A stretch of DNA of 44,107 nucleotides, taken from assembly GCA_014728985.1 (NCBI GenBank), contig WJKS01000097.1, positions 1-44,107 on the forward strand, in the 5' to 3' direction. Shown here in pieces: positions 27,955 to 36,272 of the stretch; the first letter of the stretch is position 1; every line of letters starts with the position of its first letter. The position numbers and the translations under genes were made by a program. The notes beneath the pieces were generated by a model that saw only the letters and a list, made by a program, of their open reading frames with translations, had not been told where the DNA came from and searched no databases. The stretch comes from Candidatus Aenigmatarchaeota archaeon. GTDB taxonomy: Archaea > Aenigmatarchaeota > Aenigmatarchaeia > CG10238-14.

Positions 27955-29001
27955 GTGATGTTTATAAGAGTAATAATATTAGCAGCAGTATTAGCGTTTT
28001 CGGCGGGTCTTGTGATTTTTCAGATCAATAAACGCGGAAGAGGTGATTTTATGATAAAGGATGACAATTATTCAAATGCTGTATTTGCAGGAGGATGCTT
28101 CTGGTGTATGGAGGCAGCTTTTCAGACCGTTGATGGTGTAGTTGAAGTTATATCCGGATATACGGGAGGAGAAGTTGAGAATCCTAGTTATACTCAGGTT
28201 TCATCAGGTGTAACCGGCCATTATGAGGCTGTTAGGGTGGTTTATGACCCTGAGAAAGTAATTTATGAAAAGCTGCTTGATATTTTTTGGAAGAGTATCA
28301 ACCCTACTGACTCAGGTGGTCAGTTTAATGATAGGGGTCCACAATACAAGACAGCGATATTCTACCTGGGTGATGGGCAAAAAGAGCTTGCTGAAAAATC
28401 CAGGAAAGCTTTGGAAGATTCGGGTAGGTTTGAGGATCCAATAGTAACTGAAATAATAAAGTTTGAGGAATTTTATCCTGCTGAAGATTACCATCAGGAT
28501 TTCAGTGAGAAGAATCCGCTCAGATATAAATTGTATAAAACCGGTTCCGGGAGAAAGAAATTTCTCAAGAATACCTGGTCTGAGGATGATCTGAAGGAAA
28601 AATTGACCTCTCTCCAATATAGAGTGACTCAGGAGGACGCGACTGAGATACCTTTTAAAAACGAGTATTGGGATAATAAGGAAGAAGGAATATATGTGGA
28701 CATAGTTTCCGGTGAACCACTTTTCAGTTCTCTGGATAAGTTTGAGTCTGGTACAGGATGGCCAAGCTTTACCAAATCATTGAAAGAAAGTAATATTGTA
28801 GAGGAAGAAGATAGGAAGCTTGGAATGACAAGGACTGAAGTCCGAAGTAAGGGAGCGGATTCACATTTAGGTCATGTTTTTGATGACGGCCCTGAACCTA
28901 CTGGGACAAGATATTGTATTAACTCCGCTGCTCTTAGGTTTATACCCAAGGATGAGTTGGAGCAAGAAGGTTATGGGGAATATTTGGAATTATTTGAGTG
29001 A
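27955..29001 (+). CDS. msrAB: Bifunctional methionine sulfoxide reductase MsrA-MsrB with an N-terminal membrane anchor
   Basis: MsrA active site GGCFWCME. MsrB motifs GTGWPSF and [10 protein letters not shown]-terminal hydrophobic segment [16 protein letters not shown]. The start could be GTG 27955 or ATG 27958. Confidence 0.9.
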   Translation: MMFIRVIILAAVLAFSAGLVIFQINKRGRGDFMIKDDNYSNAVFAGGCFWCMEAAFQTVDGVVEVISGYTGGEVENPSYTQVSSGVTGHYEAVRVVYDPEKVIYEKLLDIFWKSINPTDSGGQFNDRGPQYKTAIFYLGDGQKELAEKSRKALEDSGRFEDPIVTEIIKFEEFYPAEDYHQDFSEKNPLRYKLYKTGSGRKKFLKNTWSEDDLKEKLTSLQYRVTQEDATEIPFKNEYWDNKEEGIYVDIVSGEPLFSSLDKFESGTGWPSFTKSLKESNIVEEEDRKLGMTRTEVRSKGADSHLGHVFDDGPEPTGTRYCINSAALRFIPKDELEQEGYGEYLELFE

Positions 29002-29011
29002 GGTGATTGAT

Positions 29012-29182
29012 ATGAAGAATGAACATAAACATATGACGGGTGATCCTGAGATTCAGTGTGAGGTATGTGATGGGGAAGTTAAGATAGTAAATTCAGTTAA
29101 CCCCAGAGCTTACAAATGTGTTTGCAAAAAATGTAACCATGAATTCAGTTGGGTTTCACCTGAAGAAAGGGATTTGAGATAG
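29012..29182 (+). CDS. Small zinc-ribbon protein (CxxC...CxxC)
   Basis: MKNEHKH...CEVCDG...CKKCNH. The Shine-Dalgarno gaggtgat lies 4 nt upstream of ATG 29012. The ORF-track start at 28874 overlaps msrAB and is rejected. Confidence 0.55.
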   Translation: MKNEHKHMTGDPEIQCEVCDGEVKIVNSVNPRAYKCVCKKCNHEFSWVSPEERDLR

Positions 29183-29240
29183 ATTAGTGTAACTGAGAAT
29201 TGATGCTTTATATTTTTGAAATTAAATGGAGGTGGAAAAA

Positions 29241-29738
29241 ATGAAAAAGATATTAATGGGATTTTTGATTCTAAGTATGCTAGCGATACCAGTGTTTGCA
29301 GGGAAATCATCAGTAGCAGAGTTCGATTATTGGCAAGAATATAGTGGATGGGGACCAGCACTATACTATGGTGAAGATGTTAATATCCATTATGAAGCGA
29401 CAAATAGATGGGTCTTGAACAAGGAAGAAATGGGAGAGAACGATTGGTACATAGAACAGTCATTGACACAACGTGGGACTGCGTGGATCTATAATTTGGA
29501 TGAAAATCTCTTAGATAAAAGGAATTTCAGAGTCGTTGAAATAACCAAAGGTTATGTGGACAAAGAGCAGGATTGGTATCATGTGAGAGACGTTGATACA
29601 CTAGAGGAATGGAATTACCATTGGAAAATACCTGGAGTATATCACTTCTTTGGACATTATCCAAATGAAGACGAAAACTTAGTATATGAGGTATTACAGC
29701 CAGAACATTCCACGCTATATGAGGGACCAATATTTTAG
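29241..29738 (+). CDS. Secreted hypothetical protein
   Basis: ggaggtg lies 6 nt upstream of ATG 29241. Signal peptide MKKILMGFLILSMLAIPVFAG. The mature part is Trp/Tyr/Glu-rich. Confidence 0.55.
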   Translation: MKKILMGFLILSMLAIPVFAGKSSVAEFDYWQEYSGWGPALYYGEDVNIHYEATNRWVLNKEEMGENDWYIEQSLTQRGTAWIYNLDENLLDKRNFRVVEITKGYVDKEQDWYHVRDVDTLEEWNYHWKIPGVYHFFGHYPNEDENLVYEVLQPEHSTLYEGPIF

Positions 29739-29909
29739 TAACCCGAACTTTTCCCCCTTTTTTTTCGGTATTAAAGAGATTACTGAAACTATATGCTTAA
29801 TTTTACCTTTAAGCCTACTGACTATTTAATTTCCTCTCCTCTGAACTTAAAGGATTCTTCATCTGGTATCAGACCGCCTGTCAGTCATCATTGGATTTGA
29901 GGTATAACC

Positions 29910-29946
29910 ATTAATCAGTAAATCAAAGTTATAATTATATTCCTTT
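29910..29946 (+). repeat. Direct repeat copy A (attaatcagtaaatcaaagttataatt...)
   Basis: 27/27 identical and 35/37 overall to 30711-30747, spaced 801 bp apart and bracketing one orphan gene. Confidence 0.85.
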
Positions 29947-29984
29947 CTCGGTAAGAATTTATTCTGGGATTCCAATTTACTATT

Positions 29985-30695
29985 ATGTCGGATGACTTTG
30001 AAGGTTACGAGTTTGATTATGAAAGATTAAGTCCTGGTCTAAGAAGACATCTTCTTGAGACAATAAGAGGAGAATTCCCTGAAAAAGTTTATGAGACAAG
30101 TTTAGTTGATGATAATGGTGAAGAATATGATGTCGAGGTCACCGCAAGAAAAGAAGGAGATAGAGTTATACGTATTGTTGAAAGAGATTCCAGATACAGT
30201 GAAATGGACCCACCAATAGAGGGTCATATTGATACTAAAGGATATAGGATTATTGTTGATACAAATAAAATTCCTTATAGTTTAAGAGGGGAATTAGATC
30301 CAAATAGATCAATCAGGGAACAGGTAGAAGGAGAAAGGGAAGATTTGATCACCGAGGCAGTTCAGAGATTTATTGTGGGTGCTAATTATCGTGTCGGAGT
30401 CGGTGAAATTACTGAAGAAGAAAATCAGGAATATCAAGATAATATAGAAAGGGAAAGAAAAGATGAAAATAAAGTCCCTTATAATAGACGAGAAATATTA
30501 GAAGACCTACTTAAAGTTATTATCATTTTGGGTTCTGGATTATCTGCGTTCTGGTTATTTTCTAGTCAGAGAATAACAGCGAAATTTGTATCAGCAACAG
30601 GTTTATCTACGAGCATAGTTTATCGGCTGTTGACTTTTATAATTGTTTTAGGACTTACACTTTTTCTGATAAACAAAAATATTGAGAAGAAATAA
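29985..30695 (+). CDS. Hypothetical protein: acidic soluble N-terminal domain plus two C-terminal TM helices
   Basis: 236-aa ORF with no recognisable motif, flanked by the 37-nt direct repeats. Confidence 0.5.
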   Translation: MSDDFEGYEFDYERLSPGLRRHLLETIRGEFPEKVYETSLVDDNGEEYDVEVTARKEGDRVIRIVERDSRYSEMDPPIEGHIDTKGYRIIVDTNKIPYSLRGELDPNRSIREQVEGEREDLITEAVQRFIVGANYRVGVGEITEEENQEYQDNIERERKDENKVPYNRREILEDLLKVIIILGSGLSAFWLFSSQRITAKFVSATGLSTSIVYRLLTFIIVLGLTLFLINKNIEKK

Positions 30696-30710
30696 CCTAT
30701 AATTTTATCG

Positions 30711-30747
30711 ATTAATCAGTAAATCAAAGTTATAATTGTATTCCCTT
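30711..30747 (+). repeat. Direct repeat copy B
   Basis: See copy A. It ends 1 nt before the flavodoxin stop codon on the opposite strand. Confidence 0.85.
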
Positions 30748-30748
30748 G

Positions 30749-31204
30749 TTATTTCATCAGTTTCTTACAGAAATCTTCAATTTCCTGCGAATATTCTCCT
30801 GACTTAACCTTTATCTGCCCTATCCCAAAAGTAGCCACCGGTTTCCTGGTAATCTTTTCCATGTCACTGAAAGCCCTTGAAAAGCCAGACCCATAAGTAC
30901 AGAAGAACGCAACTTTTTCGAATTTATTCTCGGAGAGATATGTCCTTACTGCTGGTGCCATTGTTCCTGCCCAGACCGGAGTACCTATAATTACGAGGTC
31001 ATAGGATTCAGGCTTCTTATCGTATTTTATCCTACTTTTGTTTTTCATTAAAGCATCTTTCCCGCCGCCAAAATATCCTTTAAGACCTTTCCTGTCTTTT
31101 TCATCGATTATTTGATCTATATCTGCCTTTAGGATTTTAGCTATTTCTTCTCCAACTTTTTTAGTATTCCCGGTTCTTGAGTAGAATGTAACCAGTATTT
31201 TCAT
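30749..31204 (-). CDS. Flavodoxin-like protein
   Basis: MKILVTFYSRTGNTKKV FMN phosphate-binding loop. Short-chain size (151 aa). IIGTPVWAG segment. Confidence 0.85.
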   Translation of the reverse strand: MKILVTFYSRTGNTKKVGEEIAKILKADIDQIIDEKDRKGLKGYFGGGKDALMKNKSRIKYDKKPESYDLVIIGTPVWAGTMAPAVRTYLSENKFEKVAFFCTYGSGFSRAFSDMEKITRKPVATFGIGQIKVKSGEYSQEIEDFCKKLMK

Positions 31205-31322
31205 GTAATCCTGATAAATTATAAGTCTTTCTCTTTAAATTTGAATAAATATTCTTGAGTTTATGAAAACAAAACGAAATAAATTATAAGTTGAAGAAAA
31301 CTTAAATTAAATTTGATATCTT

Positions 31323-32228
31323 ATGATAATTCCATTTTTCACTGGGCTGTTGTTAATATTCACTATAGCTATACTGACTTACTCCTATTACAATAAACCA
31401 AAGGACGGTCTGTTCGCTATCCTTATATTGATCTCATTCATTCTGATAATTAATCAGGACTGGTATGCATCCGCGTTATCAATATCCCTTCTTATCTATT
31501 CTCTATTATTTGCAAAAGAGACCTCTTACATTCAGTTAGCGACCTTCTCAATGATAGGGTCCATCGTCTTTGGTTTCTTCCTCTTCAACTATTTCACGGG
31601 AAACCAGTTGGTTCATACAACCTGGGTAATCATCGGGACTTTAATTCTGATGTGTTATCTGACCATTCAGGGGATTTTTGAGGACGATCTGGAAAAATAT
31701 CTTATAATCTCCAATTTCATTCAGACCCTGTTTGTGTTTCTGGATCTTTCTGTAGCCAGTGTATCCGGTAGCATCGCCAAATTAGGTACAATCCAGATTT
31801 TCAACTATACTTTTGCAGGATCACTATTATTTTTAACTTTAGGAATATTGTCAAAAGATAACAGGAGAACGAAGATAAGTCAGTTGAGGGGTTCCAATTA
31901 CAGAAACTCATTAATCACTTTTTGTGCAAGCATAGCAGCATTATCCCTGTCAGGAGTACCCGGATTAAACATGTTTGTGAGTGAGTGGCTATTATTCCAG
32001 AAAGCCTTCCTAATTTCACCTGTGATAACAATATTCGGAATATTCCTGGCATTGTTATTATTTGTTATGTATTTCAAACTAGTTTATGTGCTTTCGGTCG
32101 GGGACAGTAAGGTCAAGGAGAGATCCCCTGTTCTACTGAATATTATTAGTGTTAGTTTATCGATTATTTGTATACTGTTTGGTTTGCTTCCGAACTTACA
32201 ATATCTTATACTTGGTTTGGTGGGGTAG
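31323..32228 (+). CDS. Short antiporter-like membrane subunit (NuoL/M/N - MnhD - MbhH family)
   Basis: About 9-10 TM helices. LSGVPGLNMFVSEWLLF resembles the GxPPxxGFxxKW segment of proton-conducting antiporter subunits. At 301 aa it is much shorter than typical members. Confidence 0.6.
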   Translation: MIIPFFTGLLLIFTIAILTYSYYNKPKDGLFAILILISFILIINQDWYASALSISLLIYSLLFAKETSYIQLATFSMIGSIVFGFFLFNYFTGNQLVHTTWVIIGTLILMCYLTIQGIFEDDLEKYLIISNFIQTLFVFLDLSVASVSGSIAKLGTIQIFNYTFAGSLLFLTLGILSKDNRRTKISQLRGSNYRNSLITFCASIAALSLSGVPGLNMFVSEWLLFQKAFLISPVITIFGIFLALLLFVMYFKLVYVLSVGDSKVKERSPVLLNIISVSLSIICILFGLLPNLQYLILGLVG

Positions 32229-32229
32229 A

Positions 32230-32376
32230 ATGGGAAGAAAGAAGACAACATACCTGGGAGGAGAGGATTACAAGATGAACGAAGTACTTCCAAAAGACTT
32301 TGACATGTTCTTCAGTAAGAGATTACTCTACCTGGTTTTGGCGATATTGTTTTTGATGGTGGTGATACTGGTTTGA
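32230..32376 (+). CDS. Small single-TM protein in the MbhI-equivalent position
   Basis: ATG 32230 follows the previous stop directly. The 48-aa product ends in the TM helix LLYLVLAILFLMVVILV. Its stop overlaps the next start. Confidence 0.35.
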   Translation: MGRKKTTYLGGEDYKMNEVLPKDFDMFFSKRLLYLVLAILFLMVVILV

Positions 32377-32798
32377 CAATGATTAAGAAATCACCTTGGG
32401 TAAGTCTTGTTAACTGCTCTGGATGTAATGGGTGCGCAATATCTTGCCTGCCCCTGATTACCCCCAAGTATGACGCAGAGAGATTTGGTATCAAGTTAAA
32501 ACCGAGCGCAAGGCACGCAGATATATTATTGGTAACAGGACCGACAAATGAAAAAACAAAACACGCGCTAAAAAGAATTTATGATCAGACTCCCAAGGAG
32601 AAGAAGGTTGTTGCTGTAGGTAATTGTGCAATATCCAGGTGTGTTTTCAAGAATGGATACAATACCAAGCAAAATGTTGATGAGGTTGTCCCAGTTGATA
32701 TGTATATTCCCGGATGCCCGCCGATAACTGAGGCTATATTACATGGAATAGTTAAACTGATAGGTGATTTAGATAAAGGTAAAAAAAGTAAAGCTTAA
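32373..32798 (+). CDS. [NiFe]-hydrogenase small subunit, group 4 (NuoB / MbhJ / EchC-like)
   Basis: CSGCNGCAISC, GNCA and PGCPP motifs (ligands of the proximal 4Fe-4S cluster). ggtgat lies 6 nt upstream of TTG 32373. Confidence 0.85.
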   Translation: MTMIKKSPWVSLVNCSGCNGCAISCLPLITPKYDAERFGIKLKPSARHADILLVTGPTNEKTKHALKRIYDQTPKEKKVVAVGNCAISRCVFKNGYNTKQNVDEVVPVDMYIPGCPPITEAILHGIVKLIGDLDKGKKSKA

Positions 32799-33114
32799 GG
32801 ATTTCGAAAAAGAAATCAAAAAAAGGAAGAATGGAAGACTGATAGCAATATCTGGAGTTGATGAGGGAAAGGATTTTTCGGTTTACTATCATTTTGACGA
32901 TAAGAAAGATGTTGAAAATCTGAAAGTAGATTTACCAAAAGATAGACCCAAGATACCAACAGTTGTTTTTGATTTCCCGTCTGCTGAGTTGTATGAGAGG
33001 GAAACACATGACTTCTTTGGAATAGAGTTTGAAGGTAATCCTAATCTTCATGAAAAATTGTTTTTACCTGAGGATTTCAAGGGAAAACCACCACTGTTAA
33101 AGGAGGAAGATTAA
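32773..33114 (+). CDS. NuoC / MbhK-like hydrogenase subunit; no ATG/GTG/TTG start, candidate ATA start
   Basis: The open frame from 32773 to TAA 33112-33114 translates to ...RLIAISGVDEGKDFSVYYHF...IPTVVFDFPSAELYERETHDFFGIEFEGNPNLHEKLFLPEDFKGKPPLLK, a NuoC 30-kDa signature. It is absent from the ORF track because there is no canonical start. ggtgat lies 5 nt upstream of ATA 32773. Confidence 0.7.
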   Translation: MKVKKVKLKDFEKEIKKRKNGRLIAISGVDEGKDFSVYYHFDDKKDVENLKVDLPKDRPKIPTVVFDFPSAELYERETHDFFGIEFEGNPNLHEKLFLPEDFKGKPPLLKEED

Positions 33115-34272
33115 TTGTCAGAATCTCATTTTTGGATCAAAGACGGTATTAGATTTGTCTACTTATCTGGGGATAGCCCTTATGAAATTGGTTATAGTCA
33201 TGGTAGACTTTTGAAGGAAGAAATAGGAGAATTCATTGAAAAAATAAAGAACTTGATAAAGGGAGAATTTGGTGGTTTTTTAGGTACAATAATTCTTAAA
33301 TTCTTGATTTTTAGGATAAATCTTTTAAAGAAGAAAATACCGCCTGATGTGCTTGAGGAAATGAGGGGAATAGCAGATGGAAGTGGGCAAGACTTAAAAT
33401 GGATAATTACATCTAATGAGGGTTATGAGGTTTTTGTTTCTCTCCAAGGTTTATTAGGATTATATAGATGTTCATTTTTTGCTGCGCCTTGGAAAGATTC
33501 TGATTACACTGTGATTGGTAAGACGACTGATCTGACAAATTATTCGCCTTTGTCCGATATATTCTCAAAAAAGAGAGTAGTTTTCATCTATGATTACAAA
33601 TGGTTGGGGAAAAAAGTTATCAATCTTTCTTTTCCTATGTGCCTGTCAGGGGATACTAGTATTCTTGAAGACGGTTCTATGTGTGCGTTTAACGATGGTG
33701 GATGGGCCAGTGGAATTAATTTTAGAGATTTACCAGTATTCATTATAACCAAGCAGGCTTCGAAAGTAAGTAAAAATGCTTCTGATTTATTGGGAAATAT
33801 CAAGAAATACAAAACGATGAAACCTTATGTTTATTTGATTAGTGACGGCACAAAAGAAAATTCATTTTTGGTCGAGGCCTGTGAAGGAGATTATTTTGTA
33901 AAGAAGTTCGACGGACGTTTAATAAATACTAATCATTTTGAATCAGAGGAAATGAGAAAAAAGCATTATAAGAAAGGCTATGAAAATGATATTCTATATA
34001 CCAACACCTTTGAAAGATATAATAATCTTAAAAATAATGTTAAGGAGTTTTCTAACCTGAAAGAGGCAATAGAGGTTTTGAAGATACATGAGGACACATT
34101 TAAGATAGATAACGGTTCTATTTCAAACCTAGGGACTGTTCAAGCATATGTTTATTTTCCAAGGGAGAGAAAATTACTTATCCCCGATGGTCAGAAAGCC
34201 CCTGTTACTCTTAATAGTAAGTGGGTAGATTTCAGCCTAGACGAAATTTTTAACCACAAAAAACAAAGTTGA
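33115..34272 (+). CDS. Peptidase C45 / acyl-CoA:6-APA acyltransferase-like Ntn-hydrolase
   Basis: N-terminal SGDSPYEIGYSHGRLLKEEI resembles the C45 family consensus (G-x-PYE-x-GY-x-HG). The candidate nucleophile is the Cys in LYRCSFFAA. ggagg lies 8 nt upstream of TTG 33115. The family call is from memory. Confidence 0.55.
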   Translation: MSESHFWIKDGIRFVYLSGDSPYEIGYSHGRLLKEEIGEFIEKIKNLIKGEFGGFLGTIILKFLIFRINLLKKKIPPDVLEEMRGIADGSGQDLKWIITSNEGYEVFVSLQGLLGLYRCSFFAAPWKDSDYTVIGKTTDLTNYSPLSDIFSKKRVVFIYDYKWLGKKVINLSFPMCLSGDTSILEDGSMCAFNDGGWASGINFRDLPVFIITKQASKVSKNASDLLGNIKKYKTMKPYVYLISDGTKENSFLVEACEGDYFVKKFDGRLINTNHFESEEMRKKHYKKGYENDILYTNTFERYNNLKNNVKEFSNLKEAIEVLKIHEDTFKIDNGSISNLGTVQAYVYFPRERKLLIPDGQKAPVTLNSKWVDFSLDEIFNHKKQS

Positions 34273-34276
34273 TATT

Positions 34277-35434
34277 ATGCATGATTTTTCGTTACCAATA
34301 GGTCCAGTCAACCCCTCGATTAAGGAGCCTGCCTGTATCCAGTTAAATCTGGATGGAAATATGATAAAAAATGCTAAGCTCAATTTGGGATATGCCCATA
34401 AAGGAGTGGAGCATCTGCTAGAAGGCAAGAAAATAGAACAGGCCTTATATATCGCCCAGAGAATATGTGGGATATGTTCGTTCTGTCACAGTAATGGTTT
34501 CAATCAAAGTATAGAAAAGATTCTGGACTATGATGCTCCCAAGAGAGTTAAGTACATCAGAACATTGGTTACAGAACTTGAAAGGATTCAGTCACATATG
34601 CTTTGGATGGGTTTCATGTTCCATGAATTTGGTTTCGAAACCATGTTCCAGTATCTTCTGAGAGATCGTGAGCATGTGCTTCAGTTATTTGAAAGAGTTA
34701 CAGGTGGAAGAGTACATCATGCAATAAACAAACCCAAGACAGTAAGGTATGATCTCAAAAAGCAGGACATTACTTTCATTCTTGAGAAAATGGATTTACT
34801 TGAAAAACAATTCAAAAAATATTTTGGTATTATCAAAAAAGATGGGGTTACAAAAGAAAGATTGGTTGATGTAGGCTTAATTTCGAAAAAAAGAGCGAAG
34901 AGATTCTGTTTAGTAGGTCCCACAGCAAGGGCGTCTGGGATAAATAATGACATTAGAGATAAGCATCCTTATGACGCTTATCCTTACTTAGATTTTGAAG
35001 TAATTATGAGAAAAAAAGGTGACGCATATACCAGACTAATAGTTAGGTTGTTGGAAGTATTGGAATCAATCAAGATAATCAGGCAACTTATGAAAGGTCT
35101 TCCCGAACAAAAAATCCCTGAGGCAAAATTAATATTTATAGAGAAAGGAATGTCTACTTCTCAGGTTGAGGCACCCAGAGGAGAAAATTTCTATTTTACG
35201 ACAATAAAGAATAATAAAGTAGATAGGGCTAAGATAAGAACACCCACTTTTGCGGTGATAAATATTTTGCCCACATTACTTGAGAACAGACCTGTTGGTG
35301 ACGTTCCAGTTATACTCCACTCATTGGATCCCTGTTTTTCGTGCATGGAGAGGGTAATTATTGTCAAAGATAAGAAAAGAGAGGTTATTGATGAACATAC
35401 ATTTTTACACAAATATTGTGACCATCATCATTAG
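34277..35434 (+). CDS. [NiFe]-hydrogenase large (catalytic) subunit, group 4 (NuoD / MbhL / EchE-like)
   Basis: N-terminal metal ligands RICGICSFCH and C-terminal DPCFSCMER are both intact. PIGPVNPSIKEP is present. A 25-aa extension follows the DPCxxCxxR site, consistent with proteolytic maturation. Confidence 0.9.
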   Translation: MHDFSLPIGPVNPSIKEPACIQLNLDGNMIKNAKLNLGYAHKGVEHLLEGKKIEQALYIAQRICGICSFCHSNGFNQSIEKILDYDAPKRVKYIRTLVTELERIQSHMLWMGFMFHEFGFETMFQYLLRDREHVLQLFERVTGGRVHHAINKPKTVRYDLKKQDITFILEKMDLLEKQFKKYFGIIKKDGVTKERLVDVGLISKKRAKRFCLVGPTARASGINNDIRDKHPYDAYPYLDFEVIMRKKGDAYTRLIVRLLEVLESIKIIRQLMKGLPEQKIPEAKLIFIEKGMSTSQVEAPRGENFYFTTIKNNKVDRAKIRTPTFAVINILPTLLENRPVGDVPVILHSLDPCFSCMERVIIVKDKKREVIDEHTFLHKYCDHHH

Positions 35435-36272
35435 CATGCTGATGATGCTTCCGGTAGCTTTGTTACTGGACGGTATCTTCAGGAAACTGTTAGCGAAAGC
35501 TCATAATAGAGTAGGACCGTCAATTTTTCAACCATTCTATGACTTATTCAAATTATTTGAGAAAAAAAGAAGCGATTCTGCTGGATACAAAAGTTTATTT
35601 TTCAGGGTAGTTCCAGTTCTTTATTTCTTATCAACCTATTCCCTTTTCCTGTTTATATTGGGTGTAATACAGTTCCAGTTTGATTTTATTCTCCTGATTT
35701 ACATGATTGTTCTTAGCAGTGCTTTGTACATACTTTTAGGATTAGTTTCTAATTCTCCATTTGGCGTGTTTGGTTCTATGAGAGACATGCTGTTGATGAT
35801 ATGCTATGAGGTGGCCTTAACAGTCTGTATATTCAGTTTCATTGTTTACAGTGATGTCCTATCCTTATCACAGGTAAATCAGAGCTGGTTACTATTCAAG
35901 TTACCCTTGGTCAGTATTTGTATGGTTGTGATAACTTTGGTTGAAACCAGGATTACACCCTTTGATACCACTGATGCTGAGCCTGAAATAATGGGAAGTG
36001 TGGAAACAGAATTCAGTGGTAGAAGCCTGGGACTTTTAGAATTATCAAGACAATTAAGATTCTTATTTTTCATTCTATTATTGATCAGATTTCTTTTCAA
36101 TCCTGTTAGTGCTGTCAGTTTTATAATATTGTTTATTCTGATGTTCTTTATTTTATTACTCAGTGAAGCTACCAGCGCCAGGTTCAGAACTGACCAGACT
36201 TTTAATTGGCTTATTATTGTGTTGATGTTATCGGTTATGGGGTTTATTAGGATACATTTTTTGGTGTGGTAA
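35391..36272 (+). CDS. NuoH / MbhM / EchB-like membrane subunit
   Basis: NRVGPSIFQPFYDLFKLFEKK matches the R-x-GP-x(n)-QP-x-D-x-K NuoH signature. There are about 8 TM helices. I prefer ATG 35391 over TTG 35361. Confidence 0.85.
   Translation: MNIHFYTNIVTIIISMLMMLPVALLLDGIFRKLLAKAHNRVGPSIFQPFYDLFKLFEKKRSDSAGYKSLFFRVVPVLYFLSTYSLFLFILGVIQFQFDFILLIYMIVLSSALYILLGLVSNSPFGVFGSMRDMLLMICYEVALTVCIFSFIVYSDVLSLSQVNQSWLLFKLPLVSICMVVITLVETRITPFDTTDAEPEIMGSVETEFSGRSLGLLELSRQLRFLFFILLLIRFLFNPVSAVSFIILFILMFFILLLSEATSARFRTDQTFNWLIIVLMLSVMGFIRIHFLVW

Noticed and set aside
28874-29011. Long version of the zinc-ribbon ORF overlapping the msrAB 3' end
   Set aside because: The overlap is out of frame with a well-supported gene. 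An SD-preceded ATG at 29012 explains the conserved Cys-containing part.
29739-29909. Possible small RNA in the 246-nt gap after the secreted-protein gene (ccgaa...ttcgg hairpin, ctgac/gtcag pairing)
   Set aside because: The first hairpin plus T-run is adequately explained as a terminator. The remaining complementarity is short and I cannot support an RNA gene without covariation data.
32149-32229. Upstream part of the 75-aa ORF overlapping the antiporter-like gene
   Set aside because: It overlaps the 3' end of a supported CDS. Only the part from ATG 32230 is intergenic, and even that small gene is low confidence.
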